From: a phage
Assembly (NCBI GenBank): GCA_012813795.1
Contig: GCA_012813795.1_4087.1
Reading direction: 5' to 3' (one strand)
DNA length: 64,000 nucleotides
Position 1 is the stretch's first letter. Each line of letters begins with the position of its first letter. The notes under the pieces were generated by a model that saw only the letters and a list, made by a program, of their open reading frames with translations, made no database searches and was not told the origin of the DNA. The position numbers were made by a program, and so were the translations under genes. Of this stretch, positions 8,957 to 18,789 are shown in pieces.

Positions 8957-9157
8957 TTAGATGATCTTCCAATCTTCCACGATCATTGTAAGATACCGAA
9001 CCATCGATTCGAGTGATTCGAATTCACGATAATCTGTCGCCCCACCAGCGGTACAAGTACAACCGATTAAGCCATTTTGCAATTCCTTAATCTGTACATC
9101 GATAAGGTTAGCTTTAGCTTCTTTCAGTACTTCAACCAGTGCGATAGCGATAGACAT
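8957..9157 (-). CDS. hypothetical small protein
   Basis: 66-aa ORF with promoter/stem-loop cassette upstream. Confidence 0.55.
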   Translation of the reverse strand: MSIAIALVEVLKEAKANLIDVQIKELQNGLIGCTCTAGGATDYREFESLESMVRYLTMIVEDWKII

Positions 9158-9180
9158 AATGTTTTACTCCAAACTATTGG

Positions 9181-9240
9181 CGGGAGAACTATTCCCCCGC
9201 TCTATGTAAAACATTATACACTATAGGATAGTACTGTCAA
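9181..9240 (-). promoter_or_regulatory. promoter plus 5' stem-loop cassette (TTGACA-N16-TATAAT; GGGGGAATAGTTCTCCC hairpin)
   Basis: Plus strand shows tgtcaa (9235-9240) and attata upstream of ATG 9157. Confidence 0.55.
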
Positions 9241-9246
9241 ATAGTT

Positions 9247-9504
9247 TTATGAGATATCCTCGATATAGTCGGCCCATTTCATTTTTTCAGTACTGTCAAT
9301 GGCTACCGGATTATTTGGATCAAACCATTCACCATTACCGCAATACATCCCCACGGCAACGGTTTTATATCCATCCTGGGCCGTATTCCAGGCAAGGCCA
9401 CGATAGATACGGCCTTTAACTGGTTGCAGTACTGGTAACGTTTTATGGTCTTCTACGTAGGCCATAGCTTGAGGATTTACCCGATATTGTGTGAATTGTT
9501 CCAT
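9247..9504 (-). CDS. hypothetical protein; paralogue of 9585..9851
   Basis: 85-aa ORF; shared pattern LP...P..G..Y....W....Q..Y.......Y.G.G.W.DP with its neighbour. Confidence 0.6.
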   Translation of the reverse strand: MEQFTQYRVNPQAMAYVEDHKTLPVLQPVKGRIYRGLAWNTAQDGYKTVAVGMYCGNGEWFDPNNPVAIDSTEKMKWADYIEDIS

Positions 9505-9584
9505 GATGTTTCCCCTTTTAATATTGGGGGAGTATTCCCCCTATGCAAAACATTATACACTATCAGTTAGTACTGTCAATACTA

Positions 9585-9851
9585 TCAATTAAATTTAGGA
9601 TGTATTTCAATGTAGTCACAATAAGGAAAATATTCAATATAACGCGTAGTGATTGGATGTAACGGATCGGACCATACACCGCTACCCTCATAGCGTGCTA
9701 GTGGGCCTTTTAAGTACTTTTGTTGTTTCCTTGACCAGTATATGGATTGATAGACTACACCAACGGCAGGGACAACGAGCGGGAGCATAGAGTGATCTAA
9801 TACAACGGATTGATAATTTTTATTATAGCGATATGTTGTTTTCTTTTTCAT
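9585..9851 (-). CDS. hypothetical protein; paralogue of 9247..9504
   Basis: 88-aa ORF. Confidence 0.6.
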   Translation of the reverse strand: MKKKTTYRYNKNYQSVVLDHSMLPLVVPAVGVVYQSIYWSRKQQKYLKGPLARYEGSGVWSDPLHPITTRYIEYFPYCDYIEIHPKFN

Positions 9852-9903
9852 TGTTAACCTATTATAGAAATTATTAAGGGGATATTATCATCCCCTTTTA
9901 TTG

Positions 9904-10128
9904 TTATACTAGATTATTTAATCCTCTTATGGTTGATGCTTTTTCTTCTTTCTCCCATTGACGGTAATACTTCCATGCTTCGTGATAGGTGGCGATCAGT
10001 TCATCTTTTTGATCCTGATTACATGCCAGTACTGAATCACGGAAAGCGGTGTTATAGATAGAATCGAATGATTTCTTTTCTGCCGCCAGGTTAGATACTT
10101 CCCGAATCAGTTCATCATGATTAGCCAT
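9904..10128 (-). CDS. hypothetical small protein
   Basis: Trimmed to Met MANHDELIRE at 10128. Confidence 0.55.
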   Translation of the reverse strand: MANHDELIREVSNLAAEKKSFDSIYNTAFRDSVLACNQDQKDELIATYHEAWKYYRQWEKEEKASTIRGLNNLV

Positions 10129-10196
10129 CGTAGTACTCCTTATTAGTGGGGGAGGATATCTCCCCCTATGCAAAACATTATACTTTGTTTTACTTA

Positions 10197-10460
10197 CTAT
10201 GCAAGTACTTTTTTCATATAAACATTAAATTCTACACCGCCGTAACCTTCTACGATGATATGTTTTGCGTTATCACGCTTGCACATAGTGAAACCGTTGT
10301 TGATATGTTCTGCATTTTCCAGGGATACATCACCGATAGCGGCACATACGGCACTTATAACAGTATTCCGCAAAGTACTGGTATCGTTAGCGGTCATAGT
10401 AGTTTGCAGTACTACGTTGTCGTATACGTGTGCATTGATAGTGATTTCAATAGCGTTCAT
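10197..10460 (-). CDS. hypothetical small protein
   Basis: Trimmed to Met MNAIEITI at 10460; track N-terminus MFYIERGKWFPL is translated promoter hairpin. Confidence 0.55.
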   Translation of the reverse strand: MNAIEITINAHVYDNVVLQTTMTANDTSTLRNTVISAVCAAIGDVSLENAEHINNGFTMCKRDNAKHIIVEGYGGVEFNVYMKKVLA

Positions 10461-10547
10461 GGTGTATCTCCTGGACTTGAGGGGAAACCATTTCCCCCTC
10501 TCGATATAAAACATTATACGTTGATCTAACTACAATGCAAGTACTTT

Positions 10548-10739
10548 TTAAATTTTATTTCCGATATAGTCCGGCCTATTCTTTTCGGTCATACGCTTTG
10601 CTAATGTTTGCATATGGCTTATCGCGTTTAAGGTGTCTTCCTCCAGGGATGAATCAACATAATCAGGATCATTCTTCACCTTACAATGATTATGATAGCG
10701 TAGTACTGCCAGTACTTTTTTAACTTCTTCAACTGTCAT
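10548..10739 (-). CDS. hypothetical small protein
   Basis: 63-aa ORF; stop/start overlap with 10736..11008. Confidence 0.5.
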   Translation of the reverse strand: MTVEEVKKVLAVLRYHNHCKVKNDPDYVDSSLEEDTLNAISHMQTLAKRMTEKNRPDYIGNKI

Positions 10740-11008
10740 AATAAGTATTCCACTTCGTTAGCTTTCAGGTTAGTATCAATCATCAGTGGATTTTTGTAGT
10801 TCACAAAACGATTAGTTTTCTCGATAGCGAATCCCATATAATCCAGCTTACTAACAGTACATTCATTCTTAAAAACTTCTTTCGCTGCATCGATGGCTGA
10901 TTGCATGGATAACCGACCATCTAAATTAATGTTTCCAAATGATCCACCAGCAGAAGTAGGATTACCGTTCATATCTTTAATGATCATAGTAGCGGAGTAG
11001 CTAGACAT
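10736..11008 (-). CDS. hypothetical small protein
   Basis: 90-aa ORF. Confidence 0.55.
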   Translation of the reverse strand: MSSYSATMIIKDMNGNPTSAGGSFGNINLDGRLSMQSAIDAAKEVFKNECTVSKLDYMGFAIEKTNRFVNYKNPLMIDTNLKANEVEYLL

Positions 11009-11095
11009 AATTTTGTTTCCTTTTAGTATCGGGGAGAACTATTCTCCCCTTGATGTAAACTATTATACAGTACTGATATACTTTGTCAAATACTT

Positions 11096-11503
11096 TTATT
11101 CGCCCATATAGATTAGATTATCATCGCCTACATAGGGATCGCAAACGTTGATTTCTTCGCAGTACTTAGTGAATACATCGTCATAGTGACCGATATCACG
11201 ATCCCAAAAGCCAGTGCCGTGACCTTCGCGAGTAAGAAAGAGATCATGACCTGCATGATTATAAGTATAATCAGGATTATGGTGTTTTTGTACTGTTTCC
11301 ATATCTTCACCATGTACAGCAAGGAAACGTGAACATGCAATCACTGCCGCTTGATGGGCTTGCTCTGATAATTCATAATCTTCCAGGTAATCGCCGTTCT
11401 CATTGTATACAGTACTGAATTGCATAGCTTCAATGTAACCAGCGACCATTGCAGCATGATTTTTATCGTTGGTGATGTTCCGAGCTTGATTAGTAGTAGT
11501 CAT
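11096..11503 (-). CDS. hypothetical protein (His/Asp/Tyr-rich)
   Basis: 135-aa ORF; the 85-bp cassette upstream is an exact duplicate of the one upstream of the previous gene (11010-11095 vs 11504-11586). Confidence 0.55.
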   Translation of the reverse strand: MTTTNQARNITNDKNHAAMVAGYIEAMQFSTVYNENGDYLEDYELSEQAHQAAVIACSRFLAVHGEDMETVQKHHNPDYTYNHAGHDLFLTREGHGTGFWDRDIGHYDDVFTKYCEEINVCDPYVGDDNLIYMGE

Positions 11504-11586
11504 GTTTTTATTCCTTTTAGTATCGGGGAGAACTATTCTCCCCTTGATGTAAACTATTATACAGTACTGATATACTTTGTCAATAC

Positions 11587-11808
11587 TTAATTACGTTTAA
11601 AATGATATGTGCCTTTATCATCCTGAACGCCCCATACTGATTTACCATCAACACCAGTGAAGCCGGATTGTAATTCAATATGGAAACCATTATTATCAAC
11701 TACAAAAACTTTTTTATTTTCATCCCGATAACATTGATATTCTGAATCAACATTAAAGGCCGCATCATTCAGAAGATTGGAAGCGTAAATGCAAGTCATT
11801 GTAGTCAT
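11587..11808 (-). CDS. hypothetical small protein
   Basis: Trimmed to Met MTTMTC at 11808 with RBS AAGGAA. Confidence 0.55.
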   Translation of the reverse strand: MTTMTCIYASNLLNDAAFNVDSEYQCYRDENKKVFVVDNNGFHIELQSGFTGVDGKSVWGVQDDKGTYHFKRN

Positions 11809-12028
11809 GATTTTATTCCTTATTGCCAGGGAGAACCGTTTCCCCCTCTCGATATAAAACATTATACTTGATTCTAAGTACAATGCAAGTACTTTTTAAA
11901 AATAGTTTTCAGTACTCAATCATTATACAATAGATACACTCCCGCACCCTATGGGTCAGTGAGCTATCTCTCAATGAATATATAATAGCAAAGGGACTGA
12001 CCGGAGTCAATCCCTTTTTTAATCTTTT

Positions 12029-12613
12029 TTATCGTGTTATAGTTACGGCTTTTACGTCGCGTTGTTTATAGTACTGATTCCAAATATTGCGGGTTAAACC
12101 GTAATCAAGTACTTTAATCAGGCCATTGCGATCCTCGCCTATGTTCTGCTTTCTGATATCTCTTATCGTTAGTGTTGATAAGGTATCATCAACGTGTTGT
12201 AGTGCATCAGCGAAATGGTGTTGGCGTTCAATAGTGTTACGTTTAACATTGTACTTTAATTCATTGCAAGCGTTAACGTGCTTTACACTGCCTTTGCTTG
12301 CAGTACTCAAACGATCCATAACAATAAACATATTATCAGGATCGCTTAAATGCATATGCACTTTCGCAAAGAACTGTTTCAACCGAGGACGGTCATAATC
12401 TAAAAAATTCCATACCTTACATTCTGTTTCATTTTGTTCTACGCCAGCATCACAATTCGCGACCTTAATCACTAACCGATCATTTAAAGCGAATACGATA
12501 CGGGATGATCCGGCCCCGATGATTTCAAGTCCAGCCAACCGACAAACTGTAAGGATCTCTTTGTTAGTTTCCATTTCTGCCAGTGCCCGGATGAATTTAG
12601 TATAGTTACGCAT
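12029..12613 (-). CDS. putative small protein-kinase-like protein
   Basis: 194 aa; ordered motifs IGAGSSRIVF (Gly-rich loop), VIKV (Lys), IRDIRKQN (catalytic-loop-like), VLDYG (DFG-like). Fold assignment is by eye only. Confidence 0.4.
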   Translation of the reverse strand: MRNYTKFIRALAEMETNKEILTVCRLAGLEIIGAGSSRIVFALNDRLVIKVANCDAGVEQNETECKVWNFLDYDRPRLKQFFAKVHMHLSDPDNMFIVMDRLSTASKGSVKHVNACNELKYNVKRNTIERQHHFADALQHVDDTLSTLTIRDIRKQNIGEDRNGLIKVLDYGLTRNIWNQYYKQRDVKAVTITR

Positions 12614-12682
12614 TGCATTTACTCCTTAAGATAGCAGGGAGGTATTCCCTGCCTTGATGTGACTATTATATGTTAGTACTAA

Positions 12683-12910
12683 TTAGATTGCAACAGTTTT
12701 ATTTGCAATTACTGAATGAATTGCGGTTTTACCTGATTTAGTACTGAATACATTAGCACGACCATTTTCAATAGTGATGCGGTATTCACCTTTACTATCA
12801 ATGAGGTTGATAAATTCAGGAGTACTAAACCGAGTTACTTTAAAAGTCAGTACATTGAGCAGGTCCACCAGCGTAGTAGTTTCTTTGATGCGTTCTAAGA
12901 TATTAATCAT
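12683..12910 (-). CDS. hypothetical small protein
   Basis: 75-aa ORF. Confidence 0.5.
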   Translation of the reverse strand: MINILERIKETTTLVDLLNVLTFKVTRFSTPEFINLIDSKGEYRITIENGRANVFSTKSGKTAIHSVIANKTVAI

Positions 12911-12975
12911 TTTGTTTCTCCAGTTATTCCGTGTTGGTATAGATACATAGTACTAAAACATTTGAGTACTGTCAA

Positions 12976-13194
12976 TTAGATAATTGCATATTTCTTTAAA
13001 GATAATGCGTCTTGTGTTGGCTGATACTCCACGCCGTTACCGTTATCTACTTTAACTAATAAACCTTTGTCAATTAGTTTTTTAATAGTCCGTTGGCCTT
13101 GTTGAAAATTGGTAAAGTGTGAATCATTACGAAAGGTGTAACCATGTTGGATAGCTACATCAATAGTTTTCTTTTCGACTTTAGATAAATTCAT
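12976..13194 (-). CDS. hypothetical small protein, possibly winged-helix DNA-binding
   Basis: 72-aa ORF; QRTIKKLIDKGLLVKV resembles a recognition helix plus wing. Confidence 0.4.
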   Translation of the reverse strand: MNLSKVEKKTIDVAIQHGYTFRNDSHFTNFQQGQRTIKKLIDKGLLVKVDNGNGVEYQPTQDALSLKKYAII

Positions 13195-13248
13195 TTTGTT
13201 ACTCCCCGTGTTGGTATGTACATATAGTACTAAAACATTTGAGTACTG

Positions 13249-13503
13249 TCAACGTGATATTAGTTTTATTTTCTTATTATATTGTTGGTGTTCATAGAGG
13301 TTCATCTTTCCGGTATTCTCGATTACTATCCTGTTGTTAGTGTCCACATCGATTACACGCAGTTTTCCGTTGCTTAACTTCCTCGGTAATAGATTACCAT
13401 TAATAAACTCATTAGCGAGCGTGACGGCCTTTGTGATGATTCTCTGAGGGGCTTTATAGTGTACCCGCAAGATATTATCTTTAGATAGTTGTACCTTAAT
13501 CAT
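13249..13503 (-). CDS. hypothetical small protein
   Basis: 84-aa ORF. Confidence 0.5.
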   Translation of the reverse strand: MIKVQLSKDNILRVHYKAPQRIITKAVTLANEFINGNLLPRKLSNGKLRVIDVDTNNRIVIENTGKMNLYEHQQYNKKIKLISR

Positions 13504-13565
13504 TTTAGTTTATCCTATAAAAAAGGCGGGAACTGATCCCGCCGTGTTGTTAGTACTGCAAGTTA

Positions 13566-13961
13566 TTAGATAACCTGGCGGCGTTTACTGAATACTGTTA
13601 CACGATTACCCTTACGATCATGTCGGATCTCTTTCTGGTTGCGAACCAGTTCACTTGGACGCTTGAGGTTTGCCAGGTGATCCGCGTGAGTCCAAGCGGT
13701 ATGGTTTGCCTGTACTTTGATATCAGAACCAGCGATAAACTCATCTTGTGCGTCAAGTATTGCCGCCAGCATATCCGCTCGTTTTAGTTCTGCTGCTGTC
13801 AGTACTGGTTCAGGTGAATTCACAATATCAGAGATTTCTTTGAACTGTACGGCCCAGCGTTGGCCTTTCGGTGCTGTCGTTCCCATGTCTTTAAATGCTG
13901 CTCCTTCCTCGCGTGCAACAATACGGGCAGCTTCACGGGTAGCGTAGAATTTAGTAATCAT
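13566..13961 (-). CDS. hypothetical protein; paralogue of 24881..25147
   Basis: Start placed at the second ATG (MITKFYATREAAR) with better RBS spacing; shares ATFKDMG and C-terminal HDRKGNRVTV with 24881..25147. Confidence 0.55.
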   Translation of the reverse strand: MITKFYATREAARIVAREEGAAFKDMGTTAPKGQRWAVQFKEISDIVNSPEPVLTAAELKRADMLAAILDAQDEFIAGSDIKVQANHTAWTHADHLANLKRPSELVRNQKEIRHDRKGNRVTVFSKRRQVI

Positions 13962-14056
13962 GGTATACATCCTATTAGTTAAGTTAGTACTACAAGTTAG
14001 AGTCTATTATAAAGTACTATCTGGGCAATGTCAAATAGTACTTTAAATGGATTCTA

Positions 14057-14380
14057 TTACATGTCTTTCTTACGTTTTACATCGTTGTAGCGAACTGTTA
14101 TTTCTTTGTTGATCTCTTTTTCTATTTGATGAATAACTTTTTCTTTCGGGTTGAAACCTATAACGGTTTCTTTAATGATCTCCAAGCCTGTGTATTCGCC
14201 TTGTGTGCCGTAACCGTAAGTAAAGGTTTCATGTCCTAAATCCTCCCAGCGATCACCAATCAAAGCAGACACGTAGCAAGAGTGGTAAGTATTGCCGTGT
14301 GAATCAGTCCACCGATTAACATTAATGTCAAAGGAAGTAATAATTTTCAGTTCTACTTTCTGGGTGAGGATCATAGCCAT
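14057..14380 (-). CDS. hypothetical protein; paralogue of 19661..19984
   Basis: Trimmed to Met MAMILTQK; shares RWTDS.GNTYHSC.VS...FTYGY...VKRKKD with 19661..19984. Confidence 0.6.
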   Translation of the reverse strand: MAMILTQKVELKIITSFDINVNRWTDSHGNTYHSCYVSALIGDRWEDLGHETFTYGYGTQGEYTGLEIIKETVIGFNPKEKVIHQIEKEINKEITVRYNDVKRKKDM

Positions 14381-14468
14381 TTTTATTTCTCTCTCTTTGT
14401 TAGGAGGGGAACCGTTTCCCCTCACTTGATGTAAACTATTATACAGTACTAAGATACTTTGTCAATAC

Positions 14469-14651
14469 TTATTTTTTGGAAAGTTTACGCATTAATTCTA
14501 CGCTTTCTTGTGAACGTTTTGCTACCTGGCAATCTGCATGGGCAGTAAACATTTTTGTATAGTCTGACGCTTTGCCACCGAACCGAGCGGCACGTTCACG
14601 GGCACTTGGAACTAATACGATTTCTTTCTTACAGATAGTGCACTTAGCCAT
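14469..14651 (-). CDS. hypothetical small Cys-containing protein
   Basis: Trimmed to Met MAKCTICKKEI; the ~85-bp upstream cassette is an exact duplicate of the one at 14381-14468. Confidence 0.5.
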   Translation of the reverse strand: MAKCTICKKEIVLVPSARERAARFGGKASDYTKMFTAHADCQVAKRSQESVELMRKLSKK

Positions 14652-14739
14652 TTTTATTTCTCTCTCTTTGTTAGGAGGGGAACCGTTTCCCCTCACTTGA
14701 TGTAAACTATTATACAGTACTAAGATACTTTGTCAATAC

Positions 14740-15015
14740 TTAAGTATTGTAAATGTCGTGAATAGTGATAAAGTTTTTACGACCGTAAACCTGTAAATCA
14801 GTATCAATGTAGTGCTTATCAAGTACATCCTCGACGCTTAACGCGGTGTCGTGAATATCTTCGTAGAATTGAGGATCTACAATCTTGCTTAAGTCATCCG
14901 GCGTTAACTTATCGTTAAGCCATTGAACCGCCTGGATATCTGCATCACGTTTCCAGTCTTGCAGGTTAGTAGTAAGTACTTGTTCGATTTCGTTAGCTGT
15001 CAGTAGAATCCGCAT
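14740..15015 (-). CDS. hypothetical small protein
   Basis: 91-aa ORF. Confidence 0.5.
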   Translation of the reverse strand: MRILLTANEIEQVLTTNLQDWKRDADIQAVQWLNDKLTPDDLSKIVDPQFYEDIHDTALSVEDVLDKHYIDTDLQVYGRKNFITIHDIYNT

Positions 15016-15337
15016 TTTATGTTTCCTTCTCAGTGGTTGATGTAAGTATTATACTCGTTTACTTTCTATTGTCAAACTATTTTATCAGGGGAGTTTTTCG
15101 TGTGCCTTACTCCTGGGCTACTTAACGGGGTTACTTGTTTCATTCCCCGTCCTGATGTAAAACATTATACTTGATTCTAAGTACAATGCAAGTACTTTTT
15201 TATAATAGTTTTCAGTACTAGATAATACGTCCACCAGCATATAATAGATACATTTATGCACCCTGTGGGCTGATTTGTTTCTATGCGTATATAATAGCAA
15301 AGGGACTGACCGGAGTCAATCCCTTTTTCAATTATTT

Positions 15338-15487
15338 TTAAACTTCTTTTGGGTTGCGATATGTGATAGCGTTAGGGTACATTTTCTTTAAGTTATTCCA
15401 TGCCTGGTTAAGACTATAACCGCTGGATCTTACTAGTTGGTGCATACCTTGCCCCAAAAATGTAACTTCGAATAAGTATTCTTTCAT
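15338..15487 (-). CDS. hypothetical small protein (49 aa, below the ORF-track threshold)
   Basis: Hand-translated MKEYLFEVTFLGQGMHQLV...; ATG overlaps the stop of 15484..15657. Confidence 0.35.
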   Translation of the reverse strand: MKEYLFEVTFLGQGMHQLVRSSGYSLNQAWNNLKKMYPNAITYRNPKEV

Positions 15488-15657
15488 GCTTGCACCTCGC
15501 GATCTGCTTTGCCTTTACGCCAGGCCGTTGCTAATTGTTCGCGTTGCCATACATCCAGCGATACGTAAAGTTTTGCGGTATCACCTTTCGGATATTCGCC
15601 AGTAGTACCCATCCGATAAAACAGATCTTTCAGTACTGTCAATTCTACCTGGATCAT
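15484..15657 (-). CDS. hypothetical small protein (57 aa, below the ORF-track threshold)
   Basis: Hand-translated MIQVELTVLKDLFYRMGTTGEYPKG...; promoter/stem-loop cassette at 15660-15730. Confidence 0.35.
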   Translation of the reverse strand: MIQVELTVLKDLFYRMGTTGEYPKGDTAKLYVSLDVWQREQLATAWRKGKADREVQA

Positions 15658-15744
15658 GTTACTTTCCTTTTTGTTAGGAGGGGAACTATTCCCCTCTCTA
15701 TGTAAAACATTATACTTGATTCTAAGTACTACACAAGTACTTTT

Positions 15745-15957
15745 TTAATCTTTCAGCCAATGATCTTGGATGAATTTTTCACCGAAGCCTTGCTGCATGG
15801 ATTGTAACAGGCGTTCACGGTGAGCGGCGGCAAATTGCTCAGTACTATGCGTTACACCTGGTTGATATCTGGATTCACCATTGGGGGCGATGTATTGTAC
15901 ATCCCACGGTTTAGCGTTAGTATCAGACCATTTACGAACGATTAGTTGACCTTGCAT
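15745..15957 (-). CDS. hypothetical small protein
   Basis: Trimmed to Met MQGQLIVRKW at 15957. Confidence 0.5.
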   Translation of the reverse strand: MQGQLIVRKWSDTNAKPWDVQYIAPNGESRYQPGVTHSTEQFAAAHRERLLQSMQQGFGEKFIQDHWLKD

Positions 15958-16043
15958 TTTTCTTTCCTCAGTACTGGGGAGAATCATTTCTCCCCTTCAT
16001 GTAACTTATTATACAGTACTATAATCTATTGTCCAGTACTTTT

Positions 16044-16232
16044 TTAAAGTTTATGAATTAATTCTTTATCTAAACGATAGCGTACATTATTAATTGTAAC
16101 AGCATTGTTTTTAATGCTACGCTGTACAGGTCCACCAGCAATAACAAACGTTGCCTTATTACCCCGAACAATGATAGCACTTCCTGGATTGCCGTATTCA
16201 TCTTGTACTAAAATACTTGATAATTGTTCCAT
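16044..16232 (-). CDS. hypothetical small protein
   Basis: 62-aa ORF. Confidence 0.5.
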   Translation of the reverse strand: MEQLSSILVQDEYGNPGSAIIVRGNKATFVIAGGPVQRSIKNNAVTINNVRYRLDKELIHKL

Positions 16233-16393
16233 TTTGTTTTCCTCAGTACTGGGAAGGGTTATCCTCCCCTTGATATAAAATATTATACACTATCTATCAG
16301 TACTGTCAATACTTTTTAGTACTTATTTAAACGCTCTCAAACGCATTCTAACGAGCTAATCTATTTTGTAGTACTATCGGATAGGTATATACT

Positions 16394-16425
16394 AAAAAGC
16401 CCACCAGCGTTAACCAGTGGGCTAT
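16394..16425 (-). terminator. intrinsic terminator (hairpin AGCCCAC...GTGGGCT plus U-run on minus RNA)
   Basis: Inverted repeat agcccac/gtgggct with a run of A on the plus strand 3' of the minus-strand gene ending at 16430. Confidence 0.5.
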
Positions 16426-16429
16426 AATC

Positions 16430-16573
16430 TTACATCTTGCGGATAATCTTAACAGTATCTTTCACCGATTTACCGTCTTGCTGGCATTGTTCGATCATTG
16501 CGTATTGTTCTGTGGTCAGATCTTCGCCAGTTTTTTCCAGTACTGCTTCGATGAATGAATCCAGTGCGATCAT
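16430..16573 (-). CDS. hypothetical small protein (47 aa, below the ORF-track threshold)
   Basis: Hand-translated MIALDSFIEAVLEKTGEDLTTEQYAMIEQCQQDGKSVKDTVKIIRKM. Confidence 0.35.
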   Translation of the reverse strand: MIALDSFIEAVLEKTGEDLTTEQYAMIEQCQQDGKSVKDTVKIIRKM

Positions 16574-16663
16574 TTTCTTTCTCTCTTAGGTTAAGTTAAC
16601 TACTGTTTATAAAACTTATTATACAGTACTATCGTATAGAGTCAATAGTACTGGTAATATATT

Positions 16664-16843
16664 TTAGCGGTAGTCGTCGTATGCTTTATTCAACTGGCGA
16701 ATGTAACTTTCAAAGGCTTCGTCTACCGTTTCATACTCCAGAACATAATCACCATAGGAAACTACATACATACCTTTTTGATCTTCAAACGTCATGATGA
16801 TAGAATCCAGACCAACGATTTCAGTTTTTGCGATGATAGCCAT
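16664..16843 (-). CDS. hypothetical small protein
   Basis: Trimmed to Met MAIIAKTEIVGL at 16843. Confidence 0.5.
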   Translation of the reverse strand: MAIIAKTEIVGLDSIIMTFEDQKGMYVVSYGDYVLEYETVDEAFESYIRQLNKAYDDYR

Positions 16844-16925
16844 TTTTAATTCCTTAGTAGTGTAGTTGATAAAATCTATTATGCCAGTACTATCAATCTT
16901 TGTCAATAGTACTGTGATAATATTT

Positions 16926-17138
16926 TTAGTTAATGATAGTCAGTGTAAAATTGTAATCCCCTGCCTGGTATAGTATTTTGTCGCCGAACGTACCAACACG
17001 TTTCATATTGCAATAGATACCCATAACATTTTTTACATCTTTGATATTCCGAACGCCTGTGATATCCTTGTTGAAATTTTCATGATCAGAAAATAAAACT
17101 TGTTTTGCATTTTTCAGTACAGTGCAGATATTAGCCAT
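16926..17138 (-). CDS. hypothetical small protein
   Basis: Trimmed to Met MANICTVLKNAKQ at 17138; upstream cassette is duplicated at 16844-16925, 17142-17217, 19985-20075 and 20289-20380. Confidence 0.5.
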   Translation of the reverse strand: MANICTVLKNAKQVLFSDHENFNKDITGVRNIKDVKNVMGIYCNMKRVGTFGDKILYQAGDYNFTLTIIN

Positions 17139-17217
17139 TTTGTTTTCCTTAGTTGTCTTGATAAAATCTATTATGCCAGTACTATCAATCATTGTCAATA
17201 GTACTGTGATAATAATT

Positions 17218-17577
17218 TTAATCCTGTAAACCGTTCGGGAAGAAATCGAGGCGATCATCGTCGTTCTCGCGTTCGGCGTAAGCACTTTCTAACGCCTCGC
17301 CAGTGTGATCATCAGTTAGATAATCATCCTCATAGTTCACATCCACACCAGTGATGAAAAACTGGCTATCGTCTGGATCATTGAAATTAATTTTCTGAAT
17401 GTTTACAATAACTGTATTGATTCCCAGGACACCGCCATCAGCCGTTACAAAGTACTGATAGTTTTCACATCCACCACTATTGAAACCGTAATTGATTTCG
17501 GCCCGACCATCATTTAAACGCAGTGCCTGGGCGATGATTTCGTTTTCAAAGTTAGATTGAGCAATTGAGATAGTCAT
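17218..17577 (-). CDS. hypothetical protein (acidic C-terminus)
   Basis: Trimmed to Met MTISIAQSNFEN at 17577. Confidence 0.55.
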   Translation of the reverse strand: MTISIAQSNFENEIIAQALRLNDGRAEINYGFNSGGCENYQYFVTADGGVLGINTVIVNIQKINFNDPDDSQFFITGVDVNYEDDYLTDDHTGEALESAYAERENDDDRLDFFPNGLQD

Positions 17578-18012
17578 GATTCGTTTCCTTATTACCAGGG
17601 GAAACCGTTTCCCCTCTCGATGTAAAACATTATACGCCAATTGAGATAGTTTGCAAGTACTTTTTAAAAATAGTTTTCAGTACTCAATACTTATATAATA
17701 GATACACTTATGCACCCGGTGGGCTAGTGAGCTATCTCTCAATGAATATATAATAGCAAAATGGCTGACCGAAGTCAACCACTTTTTTCATTTATTTTTT
17801 AGCTTTTAGAATCGCCGCCTTTCGCGTCATGCCTTGCTTGATGTACTCCTTTACTTTCGCTTTACGTGCTTTCGCTTTATCTGCTTTCGTTTTAGGAGTA
17901 CTGTAAATTAAACCGTTAGGATTCATTTAAATCACCATAAAGAATAGATATGTTACTAACAATACCGCGATCAATGCACCGCCCAGGGCCGAACTGTAAT
18001 AAGCTAATGATT

Positions 18013-18165
18013 TCATTTTTTAGCCTGAAAATAATGTTTAATTTGAGCGGCGGTCAGTGCACAATTACGCAGGAAGTTTTCTGTATAACTGCGGCGAGTA
18101 CTGAAAGAAAATTGACCTTTGCCGTTGCCGATAGTAACATCAAACCGAGCATTATATTGTTTCAT
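18013..18165 (-). CDS. hypothetical small protein (50 aa, below the ORF-track threshold)
   Basis: Hand-translated MKQYNARFDVTIGNGKGQFSFSTRRSYTENFLRNCALTAAQIKHYFQAKK; two more short ORFs follow downstream. Confidence 0.3.
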   Translation of the reverse strand: MKQYNARFDVTIGNGKGQFSFSTRRSYTENFLRNCALTAAQIKHYFQAKK

Positions 18166-18476
18166 TTTGATTCTCCTTGTATCAGGGGAGAACCATTTCC
18201 CCCCTCTATGTAAAACATTATACAGTACTAAAAACTAATTGCAAGTATTATTTTTTAGATTTACGCAAACTTTCTACCATCTCAGGAGTAAGGCCCGGCG
18301 GGTAGGAAACCACTTCATCAACGAAACGTAAAGGGAATACCCCAGCGAAAGGTGAACATGCTTTCTTGGTATTACTCTTTTTTGATGCTTTCATTTCATA
18401 TTCCTTAATTAGTGGGGAGAACCATTTCTCCCCTCTATGTAAAACATTATACAGTACTGAAAACTAATTGCAAGTA

Positions 18477-18719
18477 TTATTTTAAACTTTGTGCGACTAA
18501 TTTCGCACGGTCAATCATATACTGCCATTTTTGGATCTCTTCTGGTAGAAAACGATATTCACCAATAACAATAGTGATACACTTTTCAGCCTGGTCAATG
18601 TATGTAGTATCAATCTCGACTTGAACGGGTACACGTTCGCCGTATTCAGTTCCTGGGATAATACAATCATTATCATAAGTAACAGTAGTTGCAGTGTCTT
18701 TGATTAAAATGGTTTCCAT
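18477..18719 (-). CDS. hypothetical small protein
   Basis: Trimmed to Met METILIKDTATT at 18719. Confidence 0.55.
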   Translation of the reverse strand: METILIKDTATTVTYDNDCIIPGTEYGERVPVQVEIDTTYIDQAEKCITIVIGEYRFLPEEIQKWQYMIDRAKLVAQSLK

Positions 18720-18789
18720 TATACTTTCCTCGTTAGGTGTAAGGGGAAAAAGTTTCCCCTCTATGTAAAACATTATACAGTACTGAAAA

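Noticed and set aside
15118-15300. ORF 15118..15300 (60 aa)
   Set aside because: Spans a promoter cassette and the repeated intergenic hairpin module; its translation is the same read-through seen in other cassette copies.
7886-18773. N-terminal extensions of several track ORFs (MFYIERGKWFPL, MRGNGSPPNKEREIK, MYNVLHREGE, MTKIDSTGIIDF)
   Set aside because: These recurring peptides are translations of the repeated promoter/stem-loop cassette upstream of the real ATG; starts were moved to the Met with an RBS.
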